From Lama guanicoe (taxonomy: Eukaryota), in the NCBI GenBank assembly GCA_013239625.1, contig MU054187.1:24058433-24122432 (forward strand): DNA of 64,000 nucleotides, in the 5' to 3' direction. Shown here one piece after another: positions 12,896 through 26,135 of this stretch (within the stretch, counting starts at the first letter, position 1; each line of letters begins with the position of its first letter). The notes under the pieces are model-generated. The model was not told the DNA's origin and searched no databases. It saw only the letters and a list, made by a program, of their open reading frames with translations. Made by a program: the position numbers and the translations under genes.

Positions 12896-13214
12896 GGATC
12901 ACATTGCCAAATTCACAAATGTTGTTCTAGTGACAGAACGTTAAACCCTGAAAGGTGATAGCAATCACCAGTTTAAATAAACAGTTTGATTCCGATGACT
13001 ATTATGAATAAGAAAAGAGTATTCTAATTTGGTGACCTCTAGTAGATATTATTTATTTATTATTATTCATACTGCCCCAAAAGTTTGATTTAGTTACTCT
13101 ATTTAATATAAGAGAATTCAATAAAGATCAGCTTACAAAAATAAGAATACAGAAAATTATTTTCAACTGGATATCTATGCAAATATGATATTAGCATGAG
13201 ACACATATGACTCC

Positions 13215-13750
13215 TGTTTTTATTTCTTCCAACATTCCAGTATAAATTTTTTCAAATAAAAAATAGAACAGCACACTGAAAACCCATGTAGCTTTCACGT
13301 GAAATGGTAATTATTAGGATTTTGTCATGTGCCCTCTTTTTTTCAGAACAATTTAAAAGAAAGTTATATATATTAAAATACTTCACACTTTTGGACTCCA
13401 ATATGATTTTATGTTTTTTCTCTTAAACTGAAAAACCTCACTTCTCACAGTACTAATACATTTACTTATTTTATTCATCTTGTAATAAAAACAATATGGT
13501 TTCAAAACCACAAATACATACAGATTTTTATTTTTATGCAGGTGTATCTTCAGTGTAGAATACTAGAAATGTGTTTGCTGACTCAAAAAATAAATGTATA
13601 GATAATTTTGCAGGATATTTCTAAGTCTCCTTTCATTAGTGGTGTAACATCTGGAACTCACACCAATGATGTTTGAGAGCAATGATTTCTCTGCAGCCTT
13701 ACCATCAGATTCTGTTTTCAAGTTCTGAATTTTTGCCTACCTAATACATA
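13215..13750 (-). mobile_element. Ancient L1ME 3' fragments
   Basis: 'tagaatactagaaatgtgtttgctgactcaaa...ggtgtaacatctggaactcacaccaatgatgtttgagagc' is an antisense ORF2 3' pattern. Confidence 0.6.
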
Positions 13751-14559
13751 TAAGAAAAAAAAACTTTTTATTTAAAAAAAACCAAAAAACTGCCTCAAAC
13801 TTAGATACTCAGAGATGCTAACAAAATCTTGCATTTTTTCCTATGTTTATCCAATATATGCAAAAAAAAATACTATATATATCACAATTTCAAGGGCAAT
13901 GCATTTTGGGAAACAGCTTTCCATGGCACCATATTGATGGGAAAATCTTAACTTTATAACTTGCTCAGTTTATCTGTTTAGATATCAGTTGATGTCACTG
14001 AATAAATGAATAAAAGTGGTAGTATTTGAAGTCTTTATAACCACAGTCCAGTGATTGGTCTGGCAAAACATAAAGCAGTAAAAATTGAGGGACTGCTTAT
14101 TCAAGTAATTATATATGCTGTTTGAGAAATTTCCGTGGCTTTATACTGAGGGGTAATGAATATGTGAAAAGAGAAGTTTACTTCTTTTTATATTATCATT
14201 TGGCAATTTCATCAAATGTTTTACTATTAAACTTAATTAAGCCAAAATCCACTTTTGGTTTAGTTTTTTTTTTTTTTTAATAAAGACCTTTAAAAATGCC
14301 TAAGTACTTTTACACTTTGAAGTACTTTTAGTCAGTGGCTGCTTTCCAAATGTCAAGGCCATATTTGAACTTTGTAGCTTCATTCTATTCATATAAGTGT
14401 GTCTAGAGTGAATGTCATGATGCAAATCCAAACCTGAAAATTAATCCTCTTTTGTGATTCTTTCCATTTACTGCCCAAGCCTCTGTGGCAGCCAGCTGGA
14501 ACATCAGCTTATTCTTGATGCTTGTAAGGGCTTGGAAACAGGAACGATATACTTACTAC

Positions 14560-14670
14560 CAGGGAAAATTTTATAGATCTTCAGATGTGGGTAGAAATGT
14601 AATGATTATAAAATTTAAATCCCTGTTTTTTCAGGTTAGTAAACTGAGGCATGGAAAGGTGAATTATTGC
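14560..14670 (-). mobile_element. MIR fragment
   Basis: MIR core 'ttttcaggttagtaaactgaggcatggaaaggtgaa'. Confidence 0.65.
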
Positions 14671-15314
14671 ATATATATAAATGTATATGTGTATGTATTT
14701 ATGTGTGGATTTAAATATATCTCTCTATCCACCTATCTATACATATGTATTTCCTAAATCTGATGAACTTCATATGCAATATTTTAATAATGGATTTAAC
14801 AGTGTTTTTGTGTTTGTGTTGATTTCCTCGTAGAATAATATATCTATTTTTAAATTTTGCAAAGTGTAACAAACTGAAACATGAAGCTTATTCAAACCAT
14901 CTGAATATTATTTTCAAGCCTCTTTTATGAGTAAGGTTGCATGGTTACTATTTTTCCATTAAGGGAAAAATATCCTATTTCTCCTGCCATCTCCATGAAC
15001 TAGCAAGATACTGTCCTTTCTTCCACGATATGTTTTATAGATGTAATGTAATGAATGAACTGTACTATGTAGTTATTATAAAGGCAGAGGAGGGATGGGA
15101 ACAGACAATAACTTCCAAATTTCTGGTGATCAATACTCCTTTTTAAGTATTATACTTTAGGAGCTAAAAGATTTACTTGGCATAAGAACAGGGAAAGTTC
15201 CATGCTGGGTCATATTAAGATATAACTGATACATAAGTTAACTGTAATTCAATCCATTTGTCCTTCAAGAGTCAAAGAGCAATGACTGTTTCTAACATTT
15301 AAATTTTAATACTA

Positions 15315-15450
15315 AGAACTTAAGTCCAGTTTGTTCACTTCTTGCATACTTGATCAAGTTATATCACTTTTCTTAAACTCCGTATCTTCATTTGTAAAGT
15401 TGGAATAATCACAGCTTCTTTATAGTTTTGTCTTTTGGAAAACTCTGTAG
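15315..15450 (+). mobile_element. MIR fragment
   Basis: 'cttgatcaagttatatcacttttcttaaactccgtatcttcatttgtaaagttggaataat'. Confidence 0.7.
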
Positions 15451-16586
15451 AAATGGATTTATAGTAGCTAACTCACAGATAATTAATGTTATTTACCTTC
15501 TTATTCCATATTCTGTAACATTTTACAGACACTGACTGTATTCACTTTATTATCTACCTTAAAAGAATCTCAACTCTTCAATGACAATAAAGCCTCAGCA
15601 TTTCCTGAAATTTAAATTGAGTGTATTATAACAGGACAACAGAATTGTCAAAATGAACAGCTAATAAAGATATTTTTAAAAATCTAATCTTATGAATATG
15701 TTCATGTACTTCCAGGATTCTCTGTGCTTTATGTTACCTCCTCCTCTTCTCCTACAATTAACATACCACTGATGATAGAAATACATCCATTCTAATGTCA
15801 AGGGGAGAAAATATTCAGTTCAGAAGTTGAGGGTTGTGTTGATACAGTTTTCCAAGGAGAAGTCACCAATACTCAGCAAGCACAGCGTTCAGTCTTTTCA
15901 TGTAGAGTTCTTGTTCTGAATTAAGTGGTTGAACTTCCCACTTTTTAACTGCAAAATCTTCATTTGCCTAGCTAGTGTACTGTGATGTCAATTCTAAGTG
16001 GGCCCACACAGCTTTTAAGAATGAGATGCAAAGAGCTTGCCTTGTAAATGAGATCTATACTTGCAACGTGTTCTTAAACTCTGTCTACCTAGCTGAGAGT
16101 AAAGTGGAGATTTGATATTTTCCCCTTTGTTTTGTAATTGCACAATCATCCATTTTGATTTTCTCTGCTCTCTCTCTCATTCAAACCTTTACTATTCCAT
16201 GTTAGGACAACTGCAATAAATTGCTATTTTTATCTCTTAGATGCATTTCCTCCCCTCTTATGTCATTCTACACTATCACTAGAAGCCAGAATGTGATTAG
16301 ATTACTCCTTGACTATCTGTAGGTTGATTTGGGGACTCCTTATGTGGCATTTAATGTGTTTCACAGTCACGAGCTCTCTGGGTCTCCCTCTTACACAACT
16401 TTTGTGGCACAATCAAACGAGTCATCCCATGAAACCCAGAATAAACATTTTGGTCTTTGCCTCATAATATTTTCTTACTGTTTTCTTTATCTTTTCCAGC
16501 ACCAAATCCTAATCACCACATATGCCCTAATTAAGTTCCTCTTTACCATCCACACTCACTACATCTCTAGCCTTTTCCTCTTACAT

Positions 16587-16750
16587 CAGTAGTTCTGAAC
16601 CTTAGCTAAATAAAGGACTCAACCTTAAAAAGAACACTGGTACTTCACTGTCACGTCCACAGGCGCATATTTAATTTGTCTGAGGTATAATTTGCATGTT
16701 CATATTTTTAAACCCTCCCCAGTTGATTCTGTGCAAAGCTAACCACCAGA
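16587..16750. mobile_element. MER5-type hAT-Charlie DNA transposon relic
   Basis: 'cagtagttctgaaccttagct...catatttttaaaccctccccagttgattct' resembles MER5A/B. Confidence 0.6.
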
Positions 16751-17129
16751 GTCATGTGCATTCCAGTTATATATTACATGCACAGTTCATTAAGCAATTT
16801 AATAAGATACACACCATATTTGTGAGATTTGTGAATTTTAAATGTTTTCTGGGTGCTCATTTGCATCTGTATAAGCTTCTGTATATTTATTACCCATTAG
16901 AGCCATACATAAAATTATTACTGTGTAAGTTTTCTATATTGTAAGTATATGAAATATAGAAAACCAAAATAATTTGAATCACCAACAGACTTTTTTAATT
17001 TTGAAATTACATAAACTAAGATTAAAATTTCTCTGCCTGTTTCTATTGCCCCTTGCCACCAAAATCAATCATCATAAACTATTACACAGCATTATAGAGA
17101 ATTTTGTAAAAGGCAAAAACAAGACCAAG

Positions 17130-17288
17130 TTCAAAGGTTCTGATTGTGCTTGGTGAGTTCAGAGAACATCTAGGAGGCTAGTGTGGCCACAGAGAAGTGA
17201 GCAAGGGGACAGTGATGGGACAGAATGAAAGCTGTAAAGCATCATGGAGGGAAAATCATTACGTACTACGGTGTAGGACTTTGTAGGG
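17130..17288 (-). mobile_element. L2 fragment
   Basis: 'tgtgcttggtgagttcagagaacatctaggaggctagtgtggccacagagaagtgagcaagggg...gtaggactttgtagg'. Confidence 0.8.
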
Positions 17289-17289
17289 G

Positions 17290-17409
17290 GTTTTTTCCCC
17301 CTATTTTTTTCTTAATTGAAGTACAACTGACCTACACTACTACAGCAATACCTTAGTTCCAGATGCACAATGTAGTGATTTAATATTTTTATACATCAGA
17401 AAATGATCA
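17290..17409 (-). mobile_element. Short L1 3' terminus (L1MA-type) with T-rich tail
   Basis: Poly-T followed by 'aattgaagtacaactgacctac...ttagttccagatgcacaatgtagtgatttaatatttttatacat'. Confidence 0.8.
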
Positions 17410-20400
17410 GCCTTCCTTTCAAGATGGCAGAGTAGAAACAGCTGAAGGTCACCTCCTCTCACAGGCACACCAAGACCATGACTACCTGCAAAACAACTAG
17501 CAATAAAAATGACTGTCAAACACCAGAAAGGATCTTCTATAGCTAAAAACTGAGGGAAGAAGCCACCATAAGAACAGTAGGAGGGATGCACTCGTGATAT
17601 AATCGAGTCCCATTCCTCCTGGGTGGGCAGCCCACAAGTTGGAGAATAATTATATTGCAAAATTTCTCCCACAAGAGTGAGAGTTCTGAATTCCATATCA
17701 GGCTTCTCAGCCCAGGGGTCCAGCACCAGGAAGAGTCCCCAGACTATTGAGCTTTGAAAGGAAGTGGGGCTTGATTACAGGAATTTCACAGGACTGGAGG
17801 AATCAGAGACTTAAGGGTCACACAGAAAATCTCATGCTCACTGAGACCAAGGACAAAAGCTGTAATTTCATAGAAGCCTGGGCTGGACAGACCTGCTAGG
17901 CTTGCGGGTTTCCCAAGGAGGTGTGGGGTGGCTGGTGCTCACCCTGGGGGTATGGACACAGTGGTGGACATTCAGGGATGTTCCTCTGAATGAACTCTCC
18001 TTCCAGGAGGCTAACATCTTGCTTGGACATTAGACATGGCTCTATCAAAAAGCTTTAGGCTCCAAAGCTGGGATGCCCCAGGCTAAACAACTAACTAGGA
18101 GGGGACATATCCCCACCCATCGCTGTTTAAGACCGACCCCACAGCTTCCTCTAGACATAGCCCTGCCCACCAGAAGGCCAAGACCCAGCTCCACCCACCA
18201 GTGGGGAGATACCAGCCCCTCCTACCAGGAAGCCTGCACCAGCCTGTAGACAAGCTTCACTCACCAGGAGGCAGATATCAGAAGCTAGAAAACTTTGATC
18301 TCTTAATATGCAAAACAAGTCTGCAACACAGTCCAGAATCTACCCTGGAACTAGCTGGCCACGGGCCCCTGGGTGATTAGAGGGGAGTACTGCTGGGACA
18401 CATAGGACATCTCCTACAGAGGGCCACTTCTCCAAGGTCAAGCAATGGAACTAAACAACAAAAAATATGAATAGAAATTCAAACAAAATGAGGCAGCCAA
18501 GGAATATGTTCCAGGCAAAGGCACAAGATAAAATCCCAGAAGAAGAAATATGTGATGAGGAGATAAGCAATCTACCTGAGAAAAAAGTCTAGAGTAATGA
18601 TTGTGAAGATGATCAGAGAATTTGGCAGGAGGATGGAATCATAGAGCAAAGTTTTTAGCAAACAGTTAGAAAATATAAACAACACCCAAACAAAGTTGAT
18701 GAACACAATTACTGAAATGAATAATATACTAGAAGGAAAGAAGAATAGACTAAATAAGGAAGGACAGATCAGTGCTAGAAGGCAGAGTAATAGAAATCAC
18801 TACTACAATATAAAAAAGAAAAAACAATCAAAAGAAATGAGGATATTTTAAGAGAACTCTGGGACAAAATGAAGTGCACTAATAATCACATTATAGGAGT
18901 CCCAGAAAGAGAAGAGAGAGAAAAAGGACCTGAGAAAATATTTGAAGAGATAATAGCTGAAAATTTCCCTAACCTGGGGAAAGAAATAATCACCCAAGTC
19001 CAGGAAGCACAGAGAGTCCCATACAGGATTTATGAAAGAAAAGCACACCAAGACAAGTTATAATTAAAATGTCAAATATTAAAGGTAAAAAAAGAATTAA
19101 AAGCATCAGAGGAAAAGCAATAAATAACATACAAAGGAACTCCCATAAGACTATCAGCTGATTTTTCAGCAGAAACTCTGCAGGCCAGAGGGGAGCGGTG
19201 AAATATATTTAAAATAATGAAAGGGTAAAATCTACAACCAAGAACACTCTATCCAGCAAGGCTCTCAATAAGATGTGATGGAAAAATCAGAAGCTTTACA
19301 AGCAAGCAAAAGTTAAAAAAATTCAGCTCTACCAAACCAGCTTTACAACAAATGCGAAGGGAAATTCTCTAGGCTGAAAGGAAAAGGCCACCCCAAGAAA
19401 CAAGACAATTATAAAGTGGAAAACCTCACTGGTAAGGCAAACATACAGTAAAGGTAGGAATAATTCCTGCACAAACTAGTAGGAAGGGTAATAAGCATGA
19501 ATAGTAAAATCACCAGTTTCCACAACAAGCAGTTAAGAGATACACAATACAAATGTAAAATGAGACAATAAAAACAGCAATTGTGAAAGGAGAGTACAAA
19601 GGCAGGTACTTAAAATGCATCTGAAAATAAGATATCAGCAACTTAAAGCAATCACATATATACACAGAATGTTTTAGCAAAACTTCATGGTAACTGCAAA
19701 CCAAAAATCTATAATAGATATACACACAAAAAAAGAGAAAGGTATTCAAGCATAACACTAAAGAGAGTCACCAAATCACAAGAGAACAGAAGAAGAAAAG
19801 GACGAGAAAGACCTACTAAAACAAATCCAAAACAATTAACAAAATGACAAGAACATATATGCTGATAATTAGCTTAAATGTAAACAGACTAAATGCTCCA
19901 ACCAAAGACAACAACTGGCTGAATGGATACAAAAATAAGACCCATATATTTGCTGCCTTCAAGAGACTAACTTCAGATGTAGAGACACATACAGACTGAA
20001 AGTGAGGGGATGGAAAAAAGCGTTCCACACAAACAGAACTTTTTTTTTTAAAGCTTGAGTTGCAATACTTGTTTCAGACAAAATGACTTTAAAATAAAGA
20101 CAGTTACAAGAGACAAAGAAGGACACTACATATTCTCAAGGGATCATTCCAAGAAGAAGCAACAATTGTAAATACATATGCACCCAACATAGGAATACCT
20201 CAGTATATAAGGCACCTGTTAACAGACACAAAAGGAGAAATTGGTAGTAACACAATAATAATGGGGGCCTTGACACCTCACTTACATCAATGGACACATC
20301 ATCTAGACAAAAAATCAATAAGAATTACAGTCTTAAATAACACATTAGACCAGATGGAATTACTTGGTATTTACAGAGCATTTCATCCAAAAGCAGTGGA

Positions 20401-22162
20401 ATGCACATTGTTCTCAAGCACACAGGGAACATTCTCCAGGATAGATCACATGTAGGCCCACAAAGCAAGCCTCAGTAAACTTAAGAAAATTGAAATGATG
20501 TCAAGCATCTTTTCCAACCACAATGCTATGAGACTAGAAATACACTAACTACAAGGAAAAACACCTGTAACAATCACTAACATATGGAGGCTAAAAATGT
20601 GCTACTAAACAACAAATGGATCACTGAAGAAATCAAAGAGGAAATCAAAAAATGCTTAGAGACATGACAACCCAAAGCCTATGGGATGAAGCAAAAGCAG
20701 TTCTCAGAGGGACATTTATAGCAATACAAGCTTACCTCAGGAAACAAGAAAAATCTCAAATAAGCAACTTAACCTTACATCTAAAGCAACTAGAGAAATA
20801 AAAACAAACAAAACCCAAAGTTAGCAGATGGAAAAAAATCATGAAGATTAGAGCAGAAATAAATGAAACAGAGACCGACAAAAAAAAATTGAAAGGATCA
20901 ATGAAACTAAAATCTGGTTCTTTGAAAAGAAAAACAAACTCAGACTCACCAAGAAAAAAAGAGAGAGAGCCCAAATTAATAAAATCAGAAATAAAAAAGG
21001 AGAAGTTAAAACTGACACTACAGAAAGACAAAGGATCATAAGTGGCTACTGTAAGCAAATATATGTTAATCAAATGGACAACCAAGAAAAAATGGACTAC
21101 CTCCTAGAAATGTACAATTTCCAAGACTGAATCAGGAAGAAATATAAATTATTAACAGACCAATTACCAGCATTGAAATTGAATTAGTGATTAAAAAACT
21201 TCCAACAAACGAAAGTCCAGGACCAGATGGCTTCACGGGGGAATCCTACCCAACATTTAAAGAAGAGTTAACTATACTTCTGAAACAATTCCAAAAAACT
21301 GCAGAAGAATGAACACTTCCAAACTCATTCTATGAGGCCACCATCACCCTGATACCAAAGCCAGACAAAGGTATTAAAAGAAAATAAAAGAAAGAAAAAA
21401 GAAAAGACAGTTGCAGGTCAATATCACTTATGAATATAGATGCAAAAATCCTCAATAAAATACTAGCAAAGTGACTCCAATACATTAAAAAGATCACACA
21501 CCACGATCAAGTAGGATTTATCCCAGCAATGCAAGAATTTTTCAGTATCTACAAATTAATCAATATTTTATACCACATTAACAAATTGAAGAATAAAAAT
21601 CATATGATCATCTCAATAGATGCAGAAAAAGCTTTTGATAAAGTTTAACATCCATTTTGATAAAGTTTAACATCCATCTCAATAGATGGAGAAAAAGCTT
21701 TTGATAAAGTTTAACATCCATTAACATGATAAAAAAAAATCAACATCCATTTATGATAAAAAAAAAATCTTGAGAAAGTGGGCATAGAAGGAACACAACT
21801 CAACACAATAAAAGCCATATATGACAAACCCACAGCTAACAATATTCTCAGTGGTGAGAAACTGAAAGCATTTCCTCTAAGATCGGGAGCAAGACAAGTA
21901 TGCCCACTCTCACCATTCTTATTCAGTAATTTTGGAAGTCCTAGCCACAGCAGTCAGAGTAGAAAAAAATAAATAAATAAAAGGAATCCAAATCAGAAAA
22001 GAAGAAATGAACTATCACTGTTTGCAGATGACATGATACTATATATAAAAATCCTAAAAAGGCTCCCATGAAACTACTTGAGCTCATGAATGACTTTGAC
22101 AAGTTGCAGGACACAAAAGTGATACACAGAAATCAGCTGCCTTGCCATCCACGAATAACAAA
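17410..22162 (+). mobile_element. L1 with 5'UTR, ORF1 and ORF2 (EN and RT), 3'-truncated and disabled
   Basis: 5' end 'caagatggcagagtag'. ORF1 from ~18488 (MRQPRNMFQ...IIGVPEREEREKGPEKIFEEIIAENFPNL). ORF2 from ~19843 (ISLNVNRLNAP) through FADDMILY at ~22021, ending after the degenerate [11 protein letters not shown] region. Many stops and frameshifts. Confidence 0.97.
21609..21768 (+). repeat. Complex local tandem duplications within L1 ORF2
   Basis: 'tttgataaagtttaacatccat' occurs three times, 'catctcaatagatg(c/g)agaaaaagc' twice, and 'atgataaaaaaaaa' twice. Confidence 0.9.
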
Positions 22163-24052
22163 GCTTCCTACCTAATTTATCTTAGAAAATATACAACCAA
22201 AATCAAATCTGAAATTTGAGTAACAGATTCAATATCTAGAAAATGAATTTGTTACAAAATCCTAATTGAGGCTTCTGTAGTTCTGCAACATTTGGACCAT
22301 GGCAACTTGGCAGGTGATGAGAACAGACCACCTTCATAGCACTGCCAGCAAGCAACACTGGCCTACAGCAGCCTGAAGCCCACAATTTCACACATACTGT
22401 ATGAGACTGAATTCTGCACATGAAAGACGATTTAGAACTGGGTTGGACCATGTAAGATGTAGATAAAGTCTAGAATTGAATATGTAACATGAAAACTTGG
22501 TGTGTAGAAGTGAAATAAAATATGGGTGATGATACAATTATAATAAGAAAAATAATTATTATTGTAAGTGTGCTTAAAGCTTCCTTTAACCTTTCATCTC
22601 TTTCTCTTTGATAATGTCAACCCCATTATATAAATACGTTTGAGTCTTGTCATTGAATCTACCAAAAAGCATGCATTTCCCTGCTTACATATTGCACTAG
22701 AATTCCACTTCAGTGACACTTTGAACTGAGGACTCTTTACGGGAAACTGAAAATGGGCCTCAAATGTTGGGTTGAATCCTAAGAGCAAAAATTATACATA
22801 TAGCTATTTAAATATGACCATTGAAAATAAGACATATCTTCAAGAAAGGCGTCTTGCCACTCAGATATTAAAACACTGGTTCTCAAGAATATTTTTCATA
22901 ACTTACCCACATCAAAAATGTTCATTTAAATCCATATAAACATGGACTTTAGTTGCCTTGCAAAGGGTTCCAGTTAAATCTTCAGAAAAGGAAAGAGTAA
23001 TCTAACAGAGTTGGGCAACTTTCATGTATTTTAGGGCCTTACCTGCAAGACCTTTCTTTGGGCATATCATCAGATCTTTGCTAGCTGAAAAATCATTTTA
23101 TTTGAGGGCCTAAAATATAAGCCAGTGCTATTTTTCAGTTGATTTATAAGGTGCCTGCGCACTAAGAGCTGAAATTACCTGCCCGTGTTTACTCCATTTT
23201 CAGTCAGGAAAGCTCAGGTTAGTCAGTTGCTCAGTCATTCTCACTGCAGTAAAGTAGCTCAAAATTTGTTTTCTATTTTTATTTTGACTCTCTTGTCAGT
23301 GTTCTTTATTTTACCCTTTACATTCTGCCAGGGTCAAACTCTAGACTTACCTTAGACAATGTAACTGAAAATGTTGCTTTATACACATCTCCTAAATATA
23401 GTTACTTTCTGTTGTTATGAAGTAGAAGAGACAGGTGAGTGCGAGTTTGTTTCTTCATTATCTGCACTTTAAAAGGCTTACATCAAAAATCCTGTTCTGA
23501 TAAAAAAGAATAATGTCTTGGCACATGTGAATCATGACTATATCCACAGGTGCTTGTGTATTACTGGATTCAAGTAAAAGTATTAAACTGAGCATGTGAA
23601 CGGAATAAATATCACAGGGACACCCTGAATATGACTTTAAGCAATGCAGGACAGCCCTGCTGCCTGTGCTGGGAGCTACAGCTGATAAAGAGTATAAGGC
23701 ACTCTTTATAACAAAGCTTTATTTATGCAGCCCTTTATTTATCAATTATTTATACCCTTCTTACTTCTAGAGACCATTTATAATATAGACCTATGGAGGT
23801 AAAAACATTAAAATAAGAAAAAAGAAGGAAGGCAGTAAAAAACAATGTCTAACAGGAAAGATATGTAAAGAGAATAACAAATTCAGAGAGGATCTATTGT
23901 GCTAGACGCACTAGGCAAAATGCATGGAATCACACATTCAATTCAGGGTCTTCTGGCAGCCAATGCAAAAAGGGAAACAGATGTTTCTCATACTTTTCAT
24001 TGTCTATTTATAGGGTGTATGCCTATTTCTTCAGCAAAAACCACTTTCCCAG

Positions 24053-24628
24053 TGCTGGCGGAGAATAGGTTCTTGTCTCTCACAGGAAAGAATTCAAGTC
24101 CAAGGTACAGTAAAGTGAAAGTAAGTTTATTTAGGGAGCTACACACTTCACAGACAGAGTGCAATCCATCTCACTCAGAAGGGAGAGCGGCTTAAGAGAG
24201 ACACTCCATAAACAGAATGCAAGCCATCTCAAAAGGTTAGTGTGAAGAGGCTGAGGGGTGTTGGGGGTGTTTAGTTTGAAATATAAGTAGATACATACTC
24301 GGTAGACAGAGTGCAGGCCATCTTAGAAGTCAGGAGTGGTACAGGGTTGCTAGTTTCTATGGGCTCAGTAATTTCATACGCTAACAAGTAGGAGGGTTAT
24401 TCCAACTATGTTGGAGAAGGGGAGGGATTTCCAGGAATTGGGCCCCACTCACTTTTTGACCTTTTATAGTCAGCCTAGGAACTGTCATGGCCCTGTGGGA
24501 GCACCAGGAGGCTCAAGGCCTACTGGAAGTCAGATCTTCCACCATCTTGGTTCCAACCAGCTTGTCCTGTCCTCAATGGCTGTGACATTCCTTCAGTGCT
24601 TGTGCCCTGCCCCTTCCCTCCTGTCTCA
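24053..24628 (-). mobile_element. Solo ERV1-class LTR
   Basis: TG...CA ends, near-TSD ccag/ctag, antisense polyA signal 'tttatt' at ~24126, and three internal ~35-bp repeats. Confidence 0.85.
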
Positions 24629-25974
24629 CTAGGACTCACTTTTAAGAGGAATTTGTTCCAGAATATTCATAGAAAAAACATTGAACATAAGTGACAGACT
24701 TTTAAAAGCAGTATTATAAAATACTTACACAATTTTTATATATATGACTATCATGTAAAACTCAAAAAAAAAAACCAAAGAAAAAACTGAAACAACAACT
24801 GTTGAAACTGAACAAAAAGCATGTTTCAGGCATTCATTAGGCAGCAATAAATGTTAGGACGATACTTTAGTTTCATTAACAGTGCTACTTTTAAGGTATG
24901 AATGATATTAAGATGTGATGTAGAAGTATATTAGGAAACCTTAAGAGCTTTAATAACTTTGATATTTTAGTAACTCTATTTGATATTTAGAATCTGAAAA
25001 AGAGCATATAAATTGTGATGTGATGTTTATACATAATTGCAATGTACATATATGTATATACACATACACATACATGCATATAATCTTTCTAGGCATTTTG
25101 ACATGTCAATCACCATGGTTACAAGGAACTAAACTGAAATCCTGTAAAATTGGTAGACAGAAAACAGTGAAAGTATGCTCAGAGATTAACTGTTTAGAGA
25201 AAAAGTATCTTTCAATTTCAACCGAATTATATGCCTATACAAAAGAAAATGAGTTCATATAAATTCCAAATATCAAATGACAATTGGCACTGTCACATCA
25301 TATATCAGATGATGCTGAGTAGATAGGACTCTTTAAGTGTTGCCAGATGTTTCTGATCAGTGTTTATCTTTTTTTATATAGTTTACTGAGAGCTTGTATG
25401 TTAACATCCAGCTGAAGTACGTACTCTACCTTTCAAACTCAACAAGCCCAAGGAATGTTTCAGCTGACATGGCACACACTGGAGCTGGAATTACTAATCT
25501 GTGGAGAAAAAGGAAGAAATGAGGCAATTCTCAAAAGAAAATTTATACAAAGTAACTTTATTTCTACATTTGAGATAGTTATTACTAATTTTTGCATTAA
25601 GCTTCTTTTATCTTGGTATCTTCTTGCTTTTCAGTCAAGCTTGGTGATCCTGAACACATACATTTTATGATAAATGTAAGGGATATGAGTCATGGGAAAT
25701 TTTTCCAAACTGAATTGAGATCATAAGAAACTGAATCCAGTTTGGGAGAAAATACTAAGTGAAATACAAGAATAGTAGTGAAGGTAGATCTAGGAAAATA
25801 AGCCCCTTAGAGAGTCCTCTGTACGTAGGGACTACTTTTACCAGTGACCTCCTTATTCATGGAGAAACAATTTTCCACTTTCTTCAGACTACCTTAGCAT
25901 GTATATGCTTACTATTATCTGTACATTCAACTTAGGGGGAAAAACAAACTCTTCCCTGATTCTTTTCCCTGGTA

Positions 25975-26135
25975 TTATAACCCATGTAATGATCTATAAG
26001 TAGCCTTATTGGTTACCTAACTGTATCCTCATTTGACAGATGATAAAACTGAGACAGAGAAAATAAAGTATTTGTTTCAACTCACAGAAATAAGAAGTGT
26101 TTGATCTGAGATCCAAACCTATTTCAGACTGGAAG
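25975..26135 (-). mobile_element. MIR fragment
   Basis: 'atcctcatttgacagatgataaaactgagacagaga...gatctgagatccaaaccta'. Confidence 0.75.

Noticed and set aside
24135..24340. Spaced direct repeats resembling a CRISPR array
   Set aside because: Mammalian LTR-internal imperfect repeats with irregular spacing and no cas genes.
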